Positions 43,607 to 53,891 of a stretch of DNA of 64,000 nt are shown one piece after another. A program made the position numbers and the translations under genes. Source of the DNA: an uncultured Kordiimonas sp. Lineage in GTDB: Bacteria; Pseudomonadota; Alphaproteobacteria; Sphingomonadales; Kordiimonadaceae. Location: contig CANMRM010000004.1 in NCBI GenBank assembly GCA_947500295.1, positions 185,663 through 249,662 of the forward strand, read 5' to 3'. The first letter of the stretch is position 1. Each line of letters begins with the position of its first letter. The notes under the pieces are model-generated. The model worked only from the letters and a program-made list of their open reading frames with translations. It made no database searches and had not been told where the DNA came from.

Positions 43607-44383
43607 ATGGTGAATGAGACCAACGACCATGAACCGGAAACAAGCGAATTTTCCGGATCGACGATAGATGATTTTCTGGGGGGCGCGGTGCGGCTGCGGC
43701 AACCCAAAGACGGCTATCGTGTTTCCATGGACACGGTCATGCTGGCCGCAACCATTCCTGCCAAGGCCGGGGAAACTGTTATTGAGGGAGGCGTTGGCTC
43801 TGCGGGTGCCGCGCTGTGCCTTGCGCGGCGCGTCCCGGGCGTTCGGGTGCACGGCATTGATATTCAGCGGTCCATGCTGGCCCTTGCCCGCGAGAATATT
43901 GCCTGCAATGACCTTCAGGATTTTGTGACCGTCGCCAACCAGTGTGTGACCGATCTGTCGGGTCCGGAAGCGACATTCGATCACGTGATGGTCAATCCGC
44001 CTTATCTGGATCAGGGCAAGGCTATCCGCCCACCGGACCGGGGCAAAGGGCTTGCTCATATGGATTCTGCTGCAACCCTAAAGGATTGGGTGAAATTCTG
44101 CATTTACCGCGTAAAAAACCGCGGAACGGTCTCAATTGTGTATCGTGCAGATCGGGTGGATGAATTGATCTCGCTCCTTTACCGCAGGGTCGGGGACCTG
44201 AAGATTTTACCCCTGTGGCCAAGAGAAGGAACGCCGGCAAAGCGGGTGATTATCCAGGGGAGGAAGGGTATTCACGGCGCGGCAACGCTTTTGCCAGGGC
44301 TGGCTCTGCACGGGGAAGTGGACCGTTATACGCCGGAAGCCCGCCGGATCTTGTGGGACGGTGAGGCGCTGCCGTTGCAGTAA
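43607..44383 (+). CDS. N6-adenine-type SAM-dependent methyltransferase (TrmN6/YfiC-like)
   Basis: GGVGSAGAALCLA SAM motif and NPPY motif (VMVNPPYLD). Start is set at MVNETN rather than the longer ORF start 43517. Confidence 0.8.
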   Translation: MVNETNDHEPETSEFSGSTIDDFLGGAVRLRQPKDGYRVSMDTVMLAATIPAKAGETVIEGGVGSAGAALCLARRVPGVRVHGIDIQRSMLALARENIACNDLQDFVTVANQCVTDLSGPEATFDHVMVNPPYLDQGKAIRPPDRGKGLAHMDSAATLKDWVKFCIYRVKNRGTVSIVYRADRVDELISLLYRRVGDLKILPLWPREGTPAKRVIIQGRKGIHGAATLLPGLALHGEVDRYTPEARRILWDGEALPLQ

Positions 44384-44471
44384 ACTTGCAAAAAGCTTTG
44401 CGCTCAATCGCCAAAACCGCTAAGCACGGGCTCTTTGAAACAGCCGACATAATCTACCGCGAGGAAAGCAA

Positions 44472-45359
44472 ATGGCTGGCAAAATCGGGAATTTCCTGTT
44501 TGGTATCAGGCGTCGCCTGTTTGGTGATCCGCCGCCTCGGGTTGCTGTGATTCCGCTTTACGGCGTGATTGCCGCGGGTGGGCGTTTCCGACAGTCGATC
44601 AATCTGTCGTCTTATGCGGACCGCATCGAACAGGCGTTTTCGACGCCGGGTGTGTCTGCTGTTGCTTTATTGATCAACTCGCCTGGCGGTTCGCCCGTGC
44701 AGTCCGCGATGATCACAAAGCGAATTCGCGACCTGGCTGCCGAGAAACACGTGCCGGTTCTAGCGTTTGCGGAAGATGTAGCCGCTTCAGGTGGCTATAT
44801 GCTGGCGCTTGCCGGCGATGAGATTTTCGCGGACGAATCGTCGCTTATTGGCAGTATCGGTGTCATTTCGGCAGGGTTCGGTTTTGAAAAAGCCATCGCG
44901 AAGGTCGGCGTGGAACGTCGCCTTTATACTGCTGGCGAAAGCAAGGCGATGCTCGACAGTTTTTCAGAAGAAAAGGAAGAAGATGTTGCCCGCCTGAAAG
45001 ACATGCAGGCAGAGATCCATGAGAATTTCAAAAAGATGGTGCGGGACCGGCGCGGCAAGCGCCTGAAGGGGCTGCGCGGCAAGATATTCTCTGGTGAGGT
45101 CTTTACAGGGCACGAGTCGATAAAGCTTGGACTAATCGACGGCATCGGGGACCTGCGCACGGTATTGCGTGATCGCTTCGGCGATAATGTCAAATTTCAG
45201 GTGCTGAGCGAGAAAAAGCCTCGCCTCGGTTCTCTGCTCGGGCTGGGGCGGAGCCAGGAAACAGCATCAGGACAGGCTACGGGTGGGATGGCTGACTTGC
45301 CGCATGGCATGCTGGCCGCAATCGAGGAACGGTTGTTCTGGAACAGATTTGGGCTCTGA
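44472..45359 (+). CDS. S49 family peptidase (SppA/SohB-like)
   Basis: SPGGS and AASGGYMLA motifs. GAGGAAAG SD upstream. Confidence 0.85.
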   Translation: MAGKIGNFLFGIRRRLFGDPPPRVAVIPLYGVIAAGGRFRQSINLSSYADRIEQAFSTPGVSAVALLINSPGGSPVQSAMITKRIRDLAAEKHVPVLAFAEDVAASGGYMLALAGDEIFADESSLIGSIGVISAGFGFEKAIAKVGVERRLYTAGESKAMLDSFSEEKEEDVARLKDMQAEIHENFKKMVRDRRGKRLKGLRGKIFSGEVFTGHESIKLGLIDGIGDLRTVLRDRFGDNVKFQVLSEKKPRLGSLLGLGRSQETASGQATGGMADLPHGMLAAIEERLFWNRFGL

Positions 45360-45363
45360 GATA

Positions 45364-45681
45364 ATGGAGCAGAAAGTGTCCCTGAGTGAACAACACAAGG
45401 CGCAGCTGAAGGCGTACCGTGAAAGCATCGACAACATTGATGCGGCGCTGGTTTTCATGCTGGCCGAGCGGTTCAAAATTACCAAAGCTGTCGGCTTTTA
45501 TAAAAAAGAGCATGACCTGCCGCCGGCGGACCCGGCGCGCGAGCAAGAGCAAGTCGGCAGGCTGAGGGCTTTGGCCGATAGTGCAAACCTGGACCCCGAA
45601 TTCAGTGAGAAGTTTTTAAACTTCATCATCCGTGAAGTTATCCAGCACCACGAACGCATAAGGGAAAAAGGCGAAGTCTGA
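45364..45681 (+). CDS. chorismate mutase (AroQ class)
   Basis: 105 aa all-helical protein. LKAYRESIDNIDAALVFMLAERF...DPAREQE pattern. Confidence 0.8.
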   Translation: MEQKVSLSEQHKAQLKAYRESIDNIDAALVFMLAERFKITKAVGFYKKEHDLPPADPAREQEQVGRLRALADSANLDPEFSEKFLNFIIREVIQHHERIREKGEV

Positions 45682-46421
45682 TGACCGTTGATGGCCCGGA
45701 GCAACTTGAGAAGTTGAAAGAAATTGGCGCGATTTGCCGCGATGTGCTGCGTGCAATGGGGGCAAAAGTTGCGCCCGGCCTAACCCCGCGCGAGCTGGAT
45801 ACAATGGCAGGCGAAATGCTCAAGGAAAGGGGCGCAAAGTCGGCGCCCATGCTGGCTTATGACTTTCCGGGCTATACCTGCATTTCCGTTGGCGACGCAA
45901 TCGCACATGGTATCCCGTCCGACGAACCTCTCAAGGAAGGTGAACTTGTCAATATTGACGTGTCGGCGGAGAAAGACGGCTTTTTTGGCGACACGGGGGC
46001 AAGCTTTGCGATCGGCGAGGTATCTGCAGAACTCTGGACGCTGCTTCGTGCGACGGAGGCGGCTCAGCGCAAAGCAATGTTTGCAGCACGTGCCGGCCAG
46101 AAAATCAATGTTGTTGGCAAGGCTGTGGAACGGGAAGCAAAAAAACATGGTTTCAATATCATCGAGGGGCTGAATGGCCACGGCGTTGGTGCATGGATCC
46201 ATGAAGAACCGTCAGTGCCGAATATTTATTATCCGTCAGAGCGCGCCAAGCTCAAAGAAGGGCAGGTCATCACCATCGAGCCTTTCCTCGCGACCAAAAG
46301 CCACCAGTATGAAGAAGACGACGACGGCTGGACCTTGAGGCTGGCGCAGGGCGGTTTTGCTGCCCAGTTTGAGCATACCTTCGTGGTTACCAAAGGCGCG
46401 CCGATTGTGCTAACCGCCTGA
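45681..46421 (+). CDS. map: type I methionyl aminopeptidase
   Basis: Metal ligands in context: ISVGDAIAHG, NIDVS, GHGVG, TIEP, QFEHT. TGATG overlap with the upstream gene. Confidence 0.95.
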   Translation: MTVDGPEQLEKLKEIGAICRDVLRAMGAKVAPGLTPRELDTMAGEMLKERGAKSAPMLAYDFPGYTCISVGDAIAHGIPSDEPLKEGELVNIDVSAEKDGFFGDTGASFAIGEVSAELWTLLRATEAAQRKAMFAARAGQKINVVGKAVEREAKKHGFNIIEGLNGHGVGAWIHEEPSVPNIYYPSERAKLKEGQVITIEPFLATKSHQYEEDDDGWTLRLAQGGFAAQFEHTFVVTKGAPIVLTA

Positions 46422-46556
46422 CGGTAATTTTGCCACACAGGTCAATATGGTTCGCAGACCTTAAAAAGCCCGGCAAACTGCTTGCTTGACCGCCCCCCTG
46501 CATCCCGCTAGGTTGCCCGCAAATTTACCAATTTCAGAGTCGGTTAGACCCTTTTC

Positions 46557-47483
46557 ATGAGCCAATCATCCAACAGTTCGCCTGCTTCCAAATCACCGGC
46601 GGCGATGCCGTTCCAGAAAATGATCCTGACGCTTCAGAATTATTGGGCGGATCAGGGCTGTGCTATTTTGCAGCCATATGACCTTGAAATGGGGGCAGGG
46701 ACCTTTCATCCTGCCACAACGTTGAGGGCGCTTGGCCCGGAGCCCTGGAAGGCCGCTTATGTGCAGCCATGCCGCCGCCCGACAGATGGCCGTTACGGCG
46801 AAAACCCCAACCGACTTCAACACTATTATCAGTTTCAGGTGATCCTGAAGCCAAGCCCTGAAAACATGCAGGAGCTGTATCTCGGAAGCCTCAAGGCAAT
46901 CGGTATCGATGCGGCGCTGCATGATATCCGGTTTGTTGAGGACGACTGGGAAAGCCCCACGCTCGGCGCCTGGGGCCTTGGTTGGGAAGTCTGGTGCGAC
47001 GGCATGGAAGTCAGCCAGTACACATATTTCCAGCAGGTTGGCGGGTATGACTGCAGGCCGGTTTCTGGTGAGCTGACCTACGGTCTGGAGCGGCTTGCCA
47101 TGTTCGTGCAGGGCGTGGACAACGTCTATGAGCTCGATTTCAATGGAGCTGGCATCAGCTACGGTGACGTGTATCTGGAAAACGAGCGCGAGCAATCGGC
47201 TTACAATTTCGAAATCGCTGATACGGACAAACTGTTTGAAGACTTCAGGAAGGCGCAGGATGAATGCGCCAAGCTTCTGGAAGCCAAGCTGCCGCTGCCA
47301 GCTTACGAGCAATGCATCAAATCCTCGCATACCTTCAATATGCTGGATGCGCGCGGGGTTATTTCCGTGACCGAACGCCAGGCCTACATCGGGCGAGTGC
47401 GTGATCTCGCCAAAGGCTGCTGCACCGCCTGGATGGAAAAGAACGCCGAGCGCTGGCGCGATAAATATGATTGGGAGGCATAA
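46557..47483 (+). CDS. glyQ: glycine--tRNA ligase alpha subunit
   Basis: Highly conserved [17 protein letters not shown]...QPCRRP...[10 protein letters not shown]. Confidence 0.95.
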   Translation: MSQSSNSSPASKSPAAMPFQKMILTLQNYWADQGCAILQPYDLEMGAGTFHPATTLRALGPEPWKAAYVQPCRRPTDGRYGENPNRLQHYYQFQVILKPSPENMQELYLGSLKAIGIDAALHDIRFVEDDWESPTLGAWGLGWEVWCDGMEVSQYTYFQQVGGYDCRPVSGELTYGLERLAMFVQGVDNVYELDFNGAGISYGDVYLENEREQSAYNFEIADTDKLFEDFRKAQDECAKLLEAKLPLPAYEQCIKSSHTFNMLDARGVISVTERQAYIGRVRDLAKGCCTAWMEKNAERWRDKYDWEA

Positions 47484-47484
47484 G

Positions 47485-49503
47485 ATGGCTGATCTCCTGA
47501 TCGAACTTTTCTCCGAAGAAATTCCGGCCCGCATGCAAGTAAGGGCTGCGGATGACCTCAAGCGAATGATGGCTGATGCGCTGAAGGGTGCGGGGCTGAG
47601 TTTCGACGCGGCAGACGCATATGCAACGCCGCGCCGCCTCGCGCTGCACATGACGGGCATTCCTGAAAGTACGCCAGATGTAAGAGAAGAACGCCGTGGC
47701 CCGCGCGCTGATGCACCCGAAAAAGCCATTGAAGGCTTTTTGCGTGGTGCCGGTGTGGCGCGCGAAGACCTCGTCGAGCGCGAAGACAAAAAAGGCACTT
47801 TCCTTTATGCGATCATCGAGCGTAAGGGCAGGGCCGCCTCCGACGTGATTGCAGAAGCGCTTTCCGACACCATCAAGAATTTCCCGTGGCCCAAGTCGCA
47901 GCGTTGGGGTGATGGGAGCTTGCGCTGGGTGAGGCCACTACACTCGATCCTCTGCCTGTTTGACGGGGCAGCCGTGGATATGGAGGTGGACGGTATCCGG
48001 GCGGGTGACAGCACACGCGGGCACCGGTTTATGGCACCTGAAGAGTTCACGGTCAGCGATTTTGCTGACTATAGGCAGAAACTTCTGGACCATAAGGTTA
48101 TTCTGGATGCGGGTCGCCGCCAGACACTTGTTCGCGACACGGCACAGACACTGGCTTCCGCCGCGGGGCTGGAGCTGGTGGAAGACACTGGGCTGATTGC
48201 CGAAGTCGCAGGCTTGGTGGAATGGCCGGTGCCGATGATTGGTAGTTTCGACGCCAGTTTCCTCGAAGTACCGGAAGAAGTGCTGATCCTGACCATGAAG
48301 AAGGATCAGAAGTATCTGGTCACGCGCGACCCGGCGACAGGCAAGCTCGCCAACAAATTCATTTTTACAGCCAATATCGAACCGTCGGATGACGGCAGCG
48401 CCGTAACAGGCGGCAACGAGCGAGTGTTGACCGCGCGGCTCTCGGATGCGCGTTTCTTCTATGAGCAGGACCTCAAAGGCAAGCTTGAAGATAACCTGCC
48501 AGCGCTTGAGGACATCGTATTCCACAAAGATCTGGGCACGGTCGCAGAGCGGGTTGAGCGTATTCGCAAATTGGCTGTACATCTTGCCCCAATTGTTGGT
48601 TGTGATCCAAAAGAAGCAGATCAAGCCGCTGAGCTTTGCAAGGCTGATCTGGTGTCCGGCATGGTTTACGAGTTTCCGGAAGTGCAGGGCGTGATGGGTC
48701 GCTATTATGCTCAGGCGCAGGGTGAAAGCGATGCAGTGGCAGACGCGATCCGCGACCATTATGCGCCGCTTGGTCCCAATGACGCCTGTCCGTCAGCACC
48801 GGTCTCGATCACTGTGGCGCTTGCAGAAAAGCTGGACACACTCGTCGGTTTCTTTGGCATCGACCAGAAGCCGACCGGCTCCAAAGACCCCTATGCCCTG
48901 CGCCGCGCGGCGCTTGGCGTTATCCGCTTAATCACGGAAAATAGCATTCGTATCGCGTTAAACCAACTGTTTGACCAAGACCTGGGCCTGTTGACCTTCT
49001 TCGGCGATCGCCTGAAAGTTCAGCAGCGCGACAAGGGCGTGCGGCATGACCTGATCGATGCAGTGTTCGCCAAAGGCGATGATGATCTGGTCCGTGTCCT
49101 GAACCGGGTTGCAGCGCTTAGCGGATTCCTCGACACCGATGACGGCACCAACCTGCTCGCGGGCTTTAAGCGCGCAGCGAATATTCTGAAGATTGAAGAA
49201 AAGAAAGACGGCTCGTCGTATGACAAGCCGGTTGATGTATCGAAGCTCGGTGCACCCGAGGCTGAGGCCCTGTCTGATGCGTTGGCACGGGCCAAGGAGG
49301 GGGCGGAAAACGCGCTCATCTCTGAAGATTTTGAAGGTGCAATGGCGGCCCTGTCTGGCCTGCGTGCGCCCATCGATACTTTCTTCGACAAGGTTATTGT
49401 GAACGCTGATGATGCGGATGCGCGGGCGAGCCGATTGGCGCTGCTCGCTGAAATTCGTACAGCCGTCAACACGGTGGCGGACTTCAGTGTGATTGAAGGG
49501 TGA
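47485..49503 (+). CDS. glyS: glycine--tRNA ligase beta subunit
   Basis: MADLLIELFSEEIPARMQ N-terminus, 1 nt after the glyQ stop. The longer ORF start 47401 overlaps glyQ, so I rejected it. Confidence 0.95.
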   Translation: MADLLIELFSEEIPARMQVRAADDLKRMMADALKGAGLSFDAADAYATPRRLALHMTGIPESTPDVREERRGPRADAPEKAIEGFLRGAGVAREDLVEREDKKGTFLYAIIERKGRAASDVIAEALSDTIKNFPWPKSQRWGDGSLRWVRPLHSILCLFDGAAVDMEVDGIRAGDSTRGHRFMAPEEFTVSDFADYRQKLLDHKVILDAGRRQTLVRDTAQTLASAAGLELVEDTGLIAEVAGLVEWPVPMIGSFDASFLEVPEEVLILTMKKDQKYLVTRDPATGKLANKFIFTANIEPSDDGSAVTGGNERVLTARLSDARFFYEQDLKGKLEDNLPALEDIVFHKDLGTVAERVERIRKLAVHLAPIVGCDPKEADQAAELCKADLVSGMVYEFPEVQGVMGRYYAQAQGESDAVADAIRDHYAPLGPNDACPSAPVSITVALAEKLDTLVGFFGIDQKPTGSKDPYALRRAALGVIRLITENSIRIALNQLFDQDLGLLTFFGDRLKVQQRDKGVRHDLIDAVFAKGDDDLVRVLNRVAALSGFLDTDDGTNLLAGFKRAANILKIEEKKDGSSYDKPVDVSKLGAPEAEALSDALARAKEGAENALISEDFEGAMAALSGLRAPIDTFFDKVIVNADDADARASRLALLAEIRTAVNTVADFSVIEG

Positions 49504-49601
49504 TGTGAAGGCACTATAGTAATTCGGGTCAAAACACTTTGGGCGAAGTGTAACGCGCGCACCCGCGGTCAAACGGGGCGCAAACGAGGACTGGAAATCG
49601 T

Positions 49602-52265
49602 ATGACCAAATGGGTGTATACCTTCGGTGACGGCGCGGCGGACGGCCGGGCTGACATGAAAAACCTGCTGGGCGGCAAGGGCGCAAACCTTGCAGAAATG
49701 GCGTCGCTGGGCCTGCCGGTGCCACCGGGCCTGACCATTACCACAGAAGTCTGCACCTATTATTACGACAACAGCCACACGTATCCCGCTGATCTTGAAG
49801 CGGCCGTCGATGCAGCGATTGAGGGCATCGAAGCAAGCGTTGGCGCCAAATTTGGTGACAAGGAAAACCCGCTTCTGGTGTCTGTGCGCTCAGGCGCCCG
49901 GGTGTCCATGCCGGGCATGATGGACACGGTGCTTAACCTCGGCCTCAATGACGAAACGGTCGAAGGCCTTGCAAAAAACAGTGAGAACCAGCGTTTCGCC
50001 TGGGACAGCTACCGCCGGTTCATCCAGATGTATTCCGATGTAGTGTTGGGCGTGGACCATTATCACTTCGAAGAACTGATCGAGATTCACAAGGAAGAAA
50101 TCGGCGTCGATCTGGACACGGACCTCGGCGCTGACGACTGGAAACTGATCGCAGAGCGCTTCAAAGCCAAAACCGAAGAGGAACTGGGCCGCCCGTTCCC
50201 CCAGGATGTGCGCGAGCAGCTGTGGGGTGCGATTGGTGCCGTGTTTGGCAGCTGGCGCATTGACCGGGCGAAGGTATACCGCAAGCTCAACAATATCCCT
50301 GAAAGCTGGGGCACCGCCGTCAACGTGCAGGCGATGGTGTTTGGCAACATGGGCGAAACATCCGCAACGGGTGTTGCTTTCACCCGTGACCCGTCCACAG
50401 GCGACAATGAGATTTACGGCGAGTATCTGATCAACGCGCAAGGCGAGGATGTGGTCGCGGGTATCCGTACGCCGCAAAACCTGACCAGGCAGGCGCGCGA
50501 AGCGGCGGGCGCGAGCGCCCCGTCGATGGAAGAAAGCATGCCGGAAGTGTTCGGTCAGCTTGCGGACGTGTTTGAAAAGCTCGAAAAACACTACCGTGAC
50601 ATGCAGGACATTGAGTTTACCGTTCAGCGCGGCAAGCTCTGGATGCTGCAGACCCGTGCGGGCAAGCGCACCGCAAAAGCCGCACTCAAAATCGCCGTTG
50701 ATATGGCTGCGGAAGGTCTGATTGACGAAAAAACTGCCGTGATGCGTGTTGAACCGGGTGCCCTGGATCAGTTGCTGCACCCGACACTTGACCCGGACGC
50801 ACCACGCGACATTCTGACCCGCGGCCTGCCGGCATCGCCGGGCGCTGCCGCAGGTGCCGCCGTCTTTGACGCTGATGAAGCTGAAGCCTGGGCCCGCGAC
50901 GGCAAGGACGTGATCCTGTGCCGGGTAGAAACAAGCCCTGAAGATATCCACGGTATGCACGCAGCCCAAGGCGTTCTGACCGCTCGCGGTGGCATGACCA
51001 GCCACGCAGCTGTTGTGGCACGGGGCATGGGTACACCCTGTGTTTCAGGGGCCGGTCAGTTGCGGATCGATGGCAAAACAGGCGTGATGAGCTGCATGGG
51101 CAGGGAAGTCAAAAAAGGTGACCTCATCACCATTGACGGCTCCACAGGCGAAGTGATGGTGGGGGCGGTGAAAACCCTGCAGCCGGAGCTTGCTGGCGAC
51201 TTTGCCACTTTAATGGAATGGGCAGACAGCTACCGCAAGATGCGCGTGCGCACCAATTCTGATACACCGGCTGACACAGCCACGGCCCGCGAGTTTGGTG
51301 CCGAGGGCATTGGCCTGTGCCGGACCGAACACATGTTCTTTGAAGGCGAACGCATCATTGCCGTCAGGCAGATGATCCTTGCCGAAGACCTCTCGGGTCG
51401 CAAAGCCGCGCTTGAGAAACTGTTGCCGATGCAACGCAGCGACTTTGTCGAGATTTTCAAAATCATGCGGGGCCTGCCGGTGACGATCCGGCTGCTGGAC
51501 CCACCGCTGCATGAGTTCCTGCCGCGTGAAGAAGATGAGTTCGAAGATGTCGCCAAAGCGATTGGCGCTGACGTTGCCAAACTCAAGCGCCGGGCTTCCG
51601 AACTGCACGAGTTTAACCCCATGCTGGGGCACCGCGGATGCCGGCTTGGCATAACCTACCCTGAAATCTATGAGATGCAGGCACGGGCGATTTTTGAAGC
51701 CGCTATCGCCGTTGAAGAGGAAACGGGCGATACGGTGGTGCCCGAGATCATGATCCCGCTGGTTGCGACCGAAAAAGAGCTTGCGATCTTGCGCGAACAC
51801 GTTGATGCGGTTGCAAGCGAGGTGTTTGAAGAGAAGGGCCACCATGTAAACTTCATGGTTGGTACCATGATCGAGTTGCCGCGCGCAGCACTGCAAGCTG
51901 GAAAAATTGCCAACGCCGCAGACTTTTTCTCTTTTGGCACCAATGATTTGACCCAAACTGCTATTGGCATCAGCCGTGACGACGCTGCCCGTTTCCTCGA
52001 GCAATATGTCAAGGACGATATTTTCGCCCAGGACCCGTTTGTCTCGATTGACCAGGACGGGGTTGGTGAGCTGGTGCAATTGGGTGCTGATCGGGGCAGG
52101 GAAACCAAATCCGACCTCAAGCTCGGTATTTGCGGCGAGCATGGCGGCGACCCATCCAGTGTGGAGTTCTGCCATCGAGTGGGCCTTGATTATGTCAGCT
52201 GTTCGCCTTTCCGGGTGCCGATTGCAAGGCTGGCCGCAGCTCAGGCGGCGTTGAAAGACACTTGA
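49602..52265 (+). CDS. ppdK: pyruvate, phosphate dikinase
   Basis: 887 aa with GGKGANLAEM, the phosphohistidine motif GGMTSHAAVVARG and a PEP-utilising TIM-barrel C-terminus. Confidence 0.95.
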   Translation: MTKWVYTFGDGAADGRADMKNLLGGKGANLAEMASLGLPVPPGLTITTEVCTYYYDNSHTYPADLEAAVDAAIEGIEASVGAKFGDKENPLLVSVRSGARVSMPGMMDTVLNLGLNDETVEGLAKNSENQRFAWDSYRRFIQMYSDVVLGVDHYHFEELIEIHKEEIGVDLDTDLGADDWKLIAERFKAKTEEELGRPFPQDVREQLWGAIGAVFGSWRIDRAKVYRKLNNIPESWGTAVNVQAMVFGNMGETSATGVAFTRDPSTGDNEIYGEYLINAQGEDVVAGIRTPQNLTRQAREAAGASAPSMEESMPEVFGQLADVFEKLEKHYRDMQDIEFTVQRGKLWMLQTRAGKRTAKAALKIAVDMAAEGLIDEKTAVMRVEPGALDQLLHPTLDPDAPRDILTRGLPASPGAAAGAAVFDADEAEAWARDGKDVILCRVETSPEDIHGMHAAQGVLTARGGMTSHAAVVARGMGTPCVSGAGQLRIDGKTGVMSCMGREVKKGDLITIDGSTGEVMVGAVKTLQPELAGDFATLMEWADSYRKMRVRTNSDTPADTATAREFGAEGIGLCRTEHMFFEGERIIAVRQMILAEDLSGRKAALEKLLPMQRSDFVEIFKIMRGLPVTIRLLDPPLHEFLPREEDEFEDVAKAIGADVAKLKRRASELHEFNPMLGHRGCRLGITYPEIYEMQARAIFEAAIAVEEETGDTVVPEIMIPLVATEKELAILREHVDAVASEVFEEKGHHVNFMVGTMIELPRAALQAGKIANAADFFSFGTNDLTQTAIGISRDDAARFLEQYVKDDIFAQDPFVSIDQDGVGELVQLGADRGRETKSDLKLGICGEHGGDPSSVEFCHRVGLDYVSCSPFRVPIARLAAAQAALKDT

Positions 52266-52304
52266 TACTCCTGATTTGCGCTTGATTAACTACGCAGCGC
52301 CTGT

Positions 52305-52334
52305 AGTTATGGTTGAACAAATGCAACCATAACT
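52305..52334. repeat. perfect 11-bp inverted repeat (AGTTATGGTTG-N8-CAACCATAACT)
   Basis: Read directly from the sequence. Lies between the ppdK stop and the PAS-like gene. No T-run follows it. Confidence 0.6.
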
Positions 52335-52375
52335 GTCAGCCATGTGCGCCGATAGCGACCGTGAGTTTACTCATC

Positions 52376-52840
52376 ATGCCGCACTTCAAGCATATCGAAC
52401 CGTCTTCCATCACGGCCGAGCATCCTGTTGCTCAGTTTTATATGAACTGGCGTGAAATGGACCGGCAGGGTGAGCTTACGCCCTGGTCTGTTTTTTCACC
52501 AATGCAGATGCCGCGGATACTTCCCTGGATGCTGTTGCTGGAAAAACAGGCAGAAGAAAAATATTATTACCGTGTCTGTGGCAGCTCGTGTGAGCAGCTT
52601 TTTGGGCAATCCTATCAGGGAAAATACCTTGGTGATGGCATGCCTGACGACGCGACCCGTATACGCATGCGAGAATTCAAGCAGGTTGAAGAAAGCGGGA
52701 AACCGCTGTTTTCTGAGGCCAACCTGCCGATCAGGGGCAAGGAATTTATTGAGGTCTATCGCGGTACATTCGGCTTTACTCAAGCCGGGGAGTTTGTCGA
52801 CAGGATTTTGGTGGTCATCGCCCCAAAGGAAAGCAAATAG
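52376..52840 (+). CDS. PAS-like (PAS_5 family) domain protein typical of Alphaproteobacteria
   Basis: FYMNWREMDRQGELTPWSVFSPMQMPRILPWMLLLE...YYRVCGSSCEQLFGQSYQGKYL matches the remembered PAS_5 pattern. Start is uncertain between 52313 and 52376. Confidence 0.65.
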   Translation: MPHFKHIEPSSITAEHPVAQFYMNWREMDRQGELTPWSVFSPMQMPRILPWMLLLEKQAEEKYYYRVCGSSCEQLFGQSYQGKYLGDGMPDDATRIRMREFKQVEESGKPLFSEANLPIRGKEFIEVYRGTFGFTQAGEFVDRILVVIAPKESK

Positions 52841-52888
52841 CAGAACCGATTGTGGACATGAGCTGTATTCGCGCAGGCGAACAGATGA

Positions 52889-53011
52889 TTAATCCGCCAT
52901 GACAAACAGCACAACAATAACGGTGGCGACAGAAACAACGAGAAGCAGCAGCTTCTTTACGTCATCATCGCCGCGGACTTCGGCTTGTCTCTGTTTTTTT
53001 GATTTTGTCAT
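52889..53011 (-). CDS. candidate 40-aa tail-anchored small membrane protein
   Basis: My own translation gives MTKSKKQRQAEVRGDDDVKKLLLLVVSVATVIVVLFVMAD. GGGGTG lies about 8 nt upstream of the ATG. It is below the length cutoff of the ORF track. Confidence 0.3.
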   Translation of the reverse strand: MTKSKKQRQAEVRGDDDVKKLLLLVVSVATVIVVLFVMAD

Positions 53012-53105
53012 TGCTACACCCCAAATTCATGCTTCCCAACACACAAAAGATGCTACAAATCAAAGGCTTCGCCAAGTGTTTTTACCTGCTGCTCGCCAAT
53101 TGTGA

Positions 53106-53891
53106 TTAAAGGGGTAACAGGGCTGTTCCGTCCGCCTCCAGCGGACCATCCAGATATTCAAGTCGCAAATATGCCAGGCAGTAAGGACCCGATGCTGTCC
53201 GGATTTCGCCCGCCGTCTTGCCCTCTCCGGTCAGAATTTTGGCGCCAGCCTGCGGGTTTTCACTTGTTGACTTCAGGGGCACCAGCTTTTTCTTCAATGT
53301 GGTTCTGTGTTTCATGCGGGCCGTCAGTTCCTGGCCGACAAAGCAGCCTTTGGTGAAGGAAACGCCGTTTACTTCTTCAGCGTTTGTTTCCAACCAGAAG
53401 TCTTTTTCAATTTTCATGTCGCGACTGCCGTCGGGTACGCCGTGGCGAATGCGGCGTTCTTCATAGGCCTCAGGGGCGAGTGTGCTGGCATCCGGTGCAG
53501 GGTTTTCAGCAGCTATAACTCTCGTGTGCAGGCTGGTGTGCCGCGGGTCGTCGTATGCCACGCCGGTATCCGCAGTTCCGTCAAAAAGCGCCCAGACAGT
53601 GCGAGGGTCATCTGCAATATTCACGTCTGAGCGCAGCTTGTACATCATCAGGCGGCGCATCAGGTCCGGTTTGCGCTCGGCTTCAACATCGAGAAGCAGG
53701 TCATCGCCTTCCTGAACTATGATCATGTCGAACAGGAATTTTCCCTGCGGCGTGAGCAGGCCTGCATAGAGTGCTTTATCCGTCGATAACGTCTCGATGT
53801 CATTGGTAATCAGGCCTTGCATCAACGAACGGCTGTCCGGCCCGGAGAGGCGAATTACGGCGCGACTATCAAGTTTCAGCAAGTTCGTCAT
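53106..53891 (-). CDS. ygfZ: folate-binding protein YgfZ (Fe-S cluster/tRNA modification associated)
   Basis: KGCFVGQELTARMKHR signature. Start ATG 53891 is preceded by AAGGAG at 7 nt. Confidence 0.85.
   Translation of the reverse strand: MTNLLKLDSRAVIRLSGPDSRSLMQGLITNDIETLSTDKALYAGLLTPQGKFLFDMIIVQEGDDLLLDVEAERKPDLMRRLMMYKLRSDVNIADDPRTVWALFDGTADTGVAYDDPRHTSLHTRVIAAENPAPDASTLAPEAYEERRIRHGVPDGSRDMKIEKDFWLETNAEEVNGVSFTKGCFVGQELTARMKHRTTLKKKLVPLKSTSENPQAGAKILTGEGKTAGEIRTASGPYCLAYLRLEYLDGPLEADGTALLPL

Noticed and set aside
46593-47798. 401-aa minus-strand ORF spanning glyQ and the start of glyS
   Set aside because: It is antisense to two unmistakable, highly conserved tRNA ligase genes and crosses their junction. 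It is an open antisense frame artefact.
47938-49725. 273-aa and 255-aa minus-strand ORFs inside glyS
   Set aside because: These are antisense-frame artefacts within glyS and have no independent support.
49890-52175. Long minus-strand ORFs (371 aa at 49890-51005, 321 aa at 51210-52175, and others) inside ppdK
   Set aside because: They are antisense to ppdK, have low-complexity Arg/His/Ala-rich sequences and no recognisable domains.
52899-53105. 68-aa plus-strand ORF between the PAS-like gene and ygfZ
   Set aside because: The Thr/Ser-rich sequence has no SD. The opposite-strand 40-codon membrane mini-ORF explains the region better, though it too is unproven.
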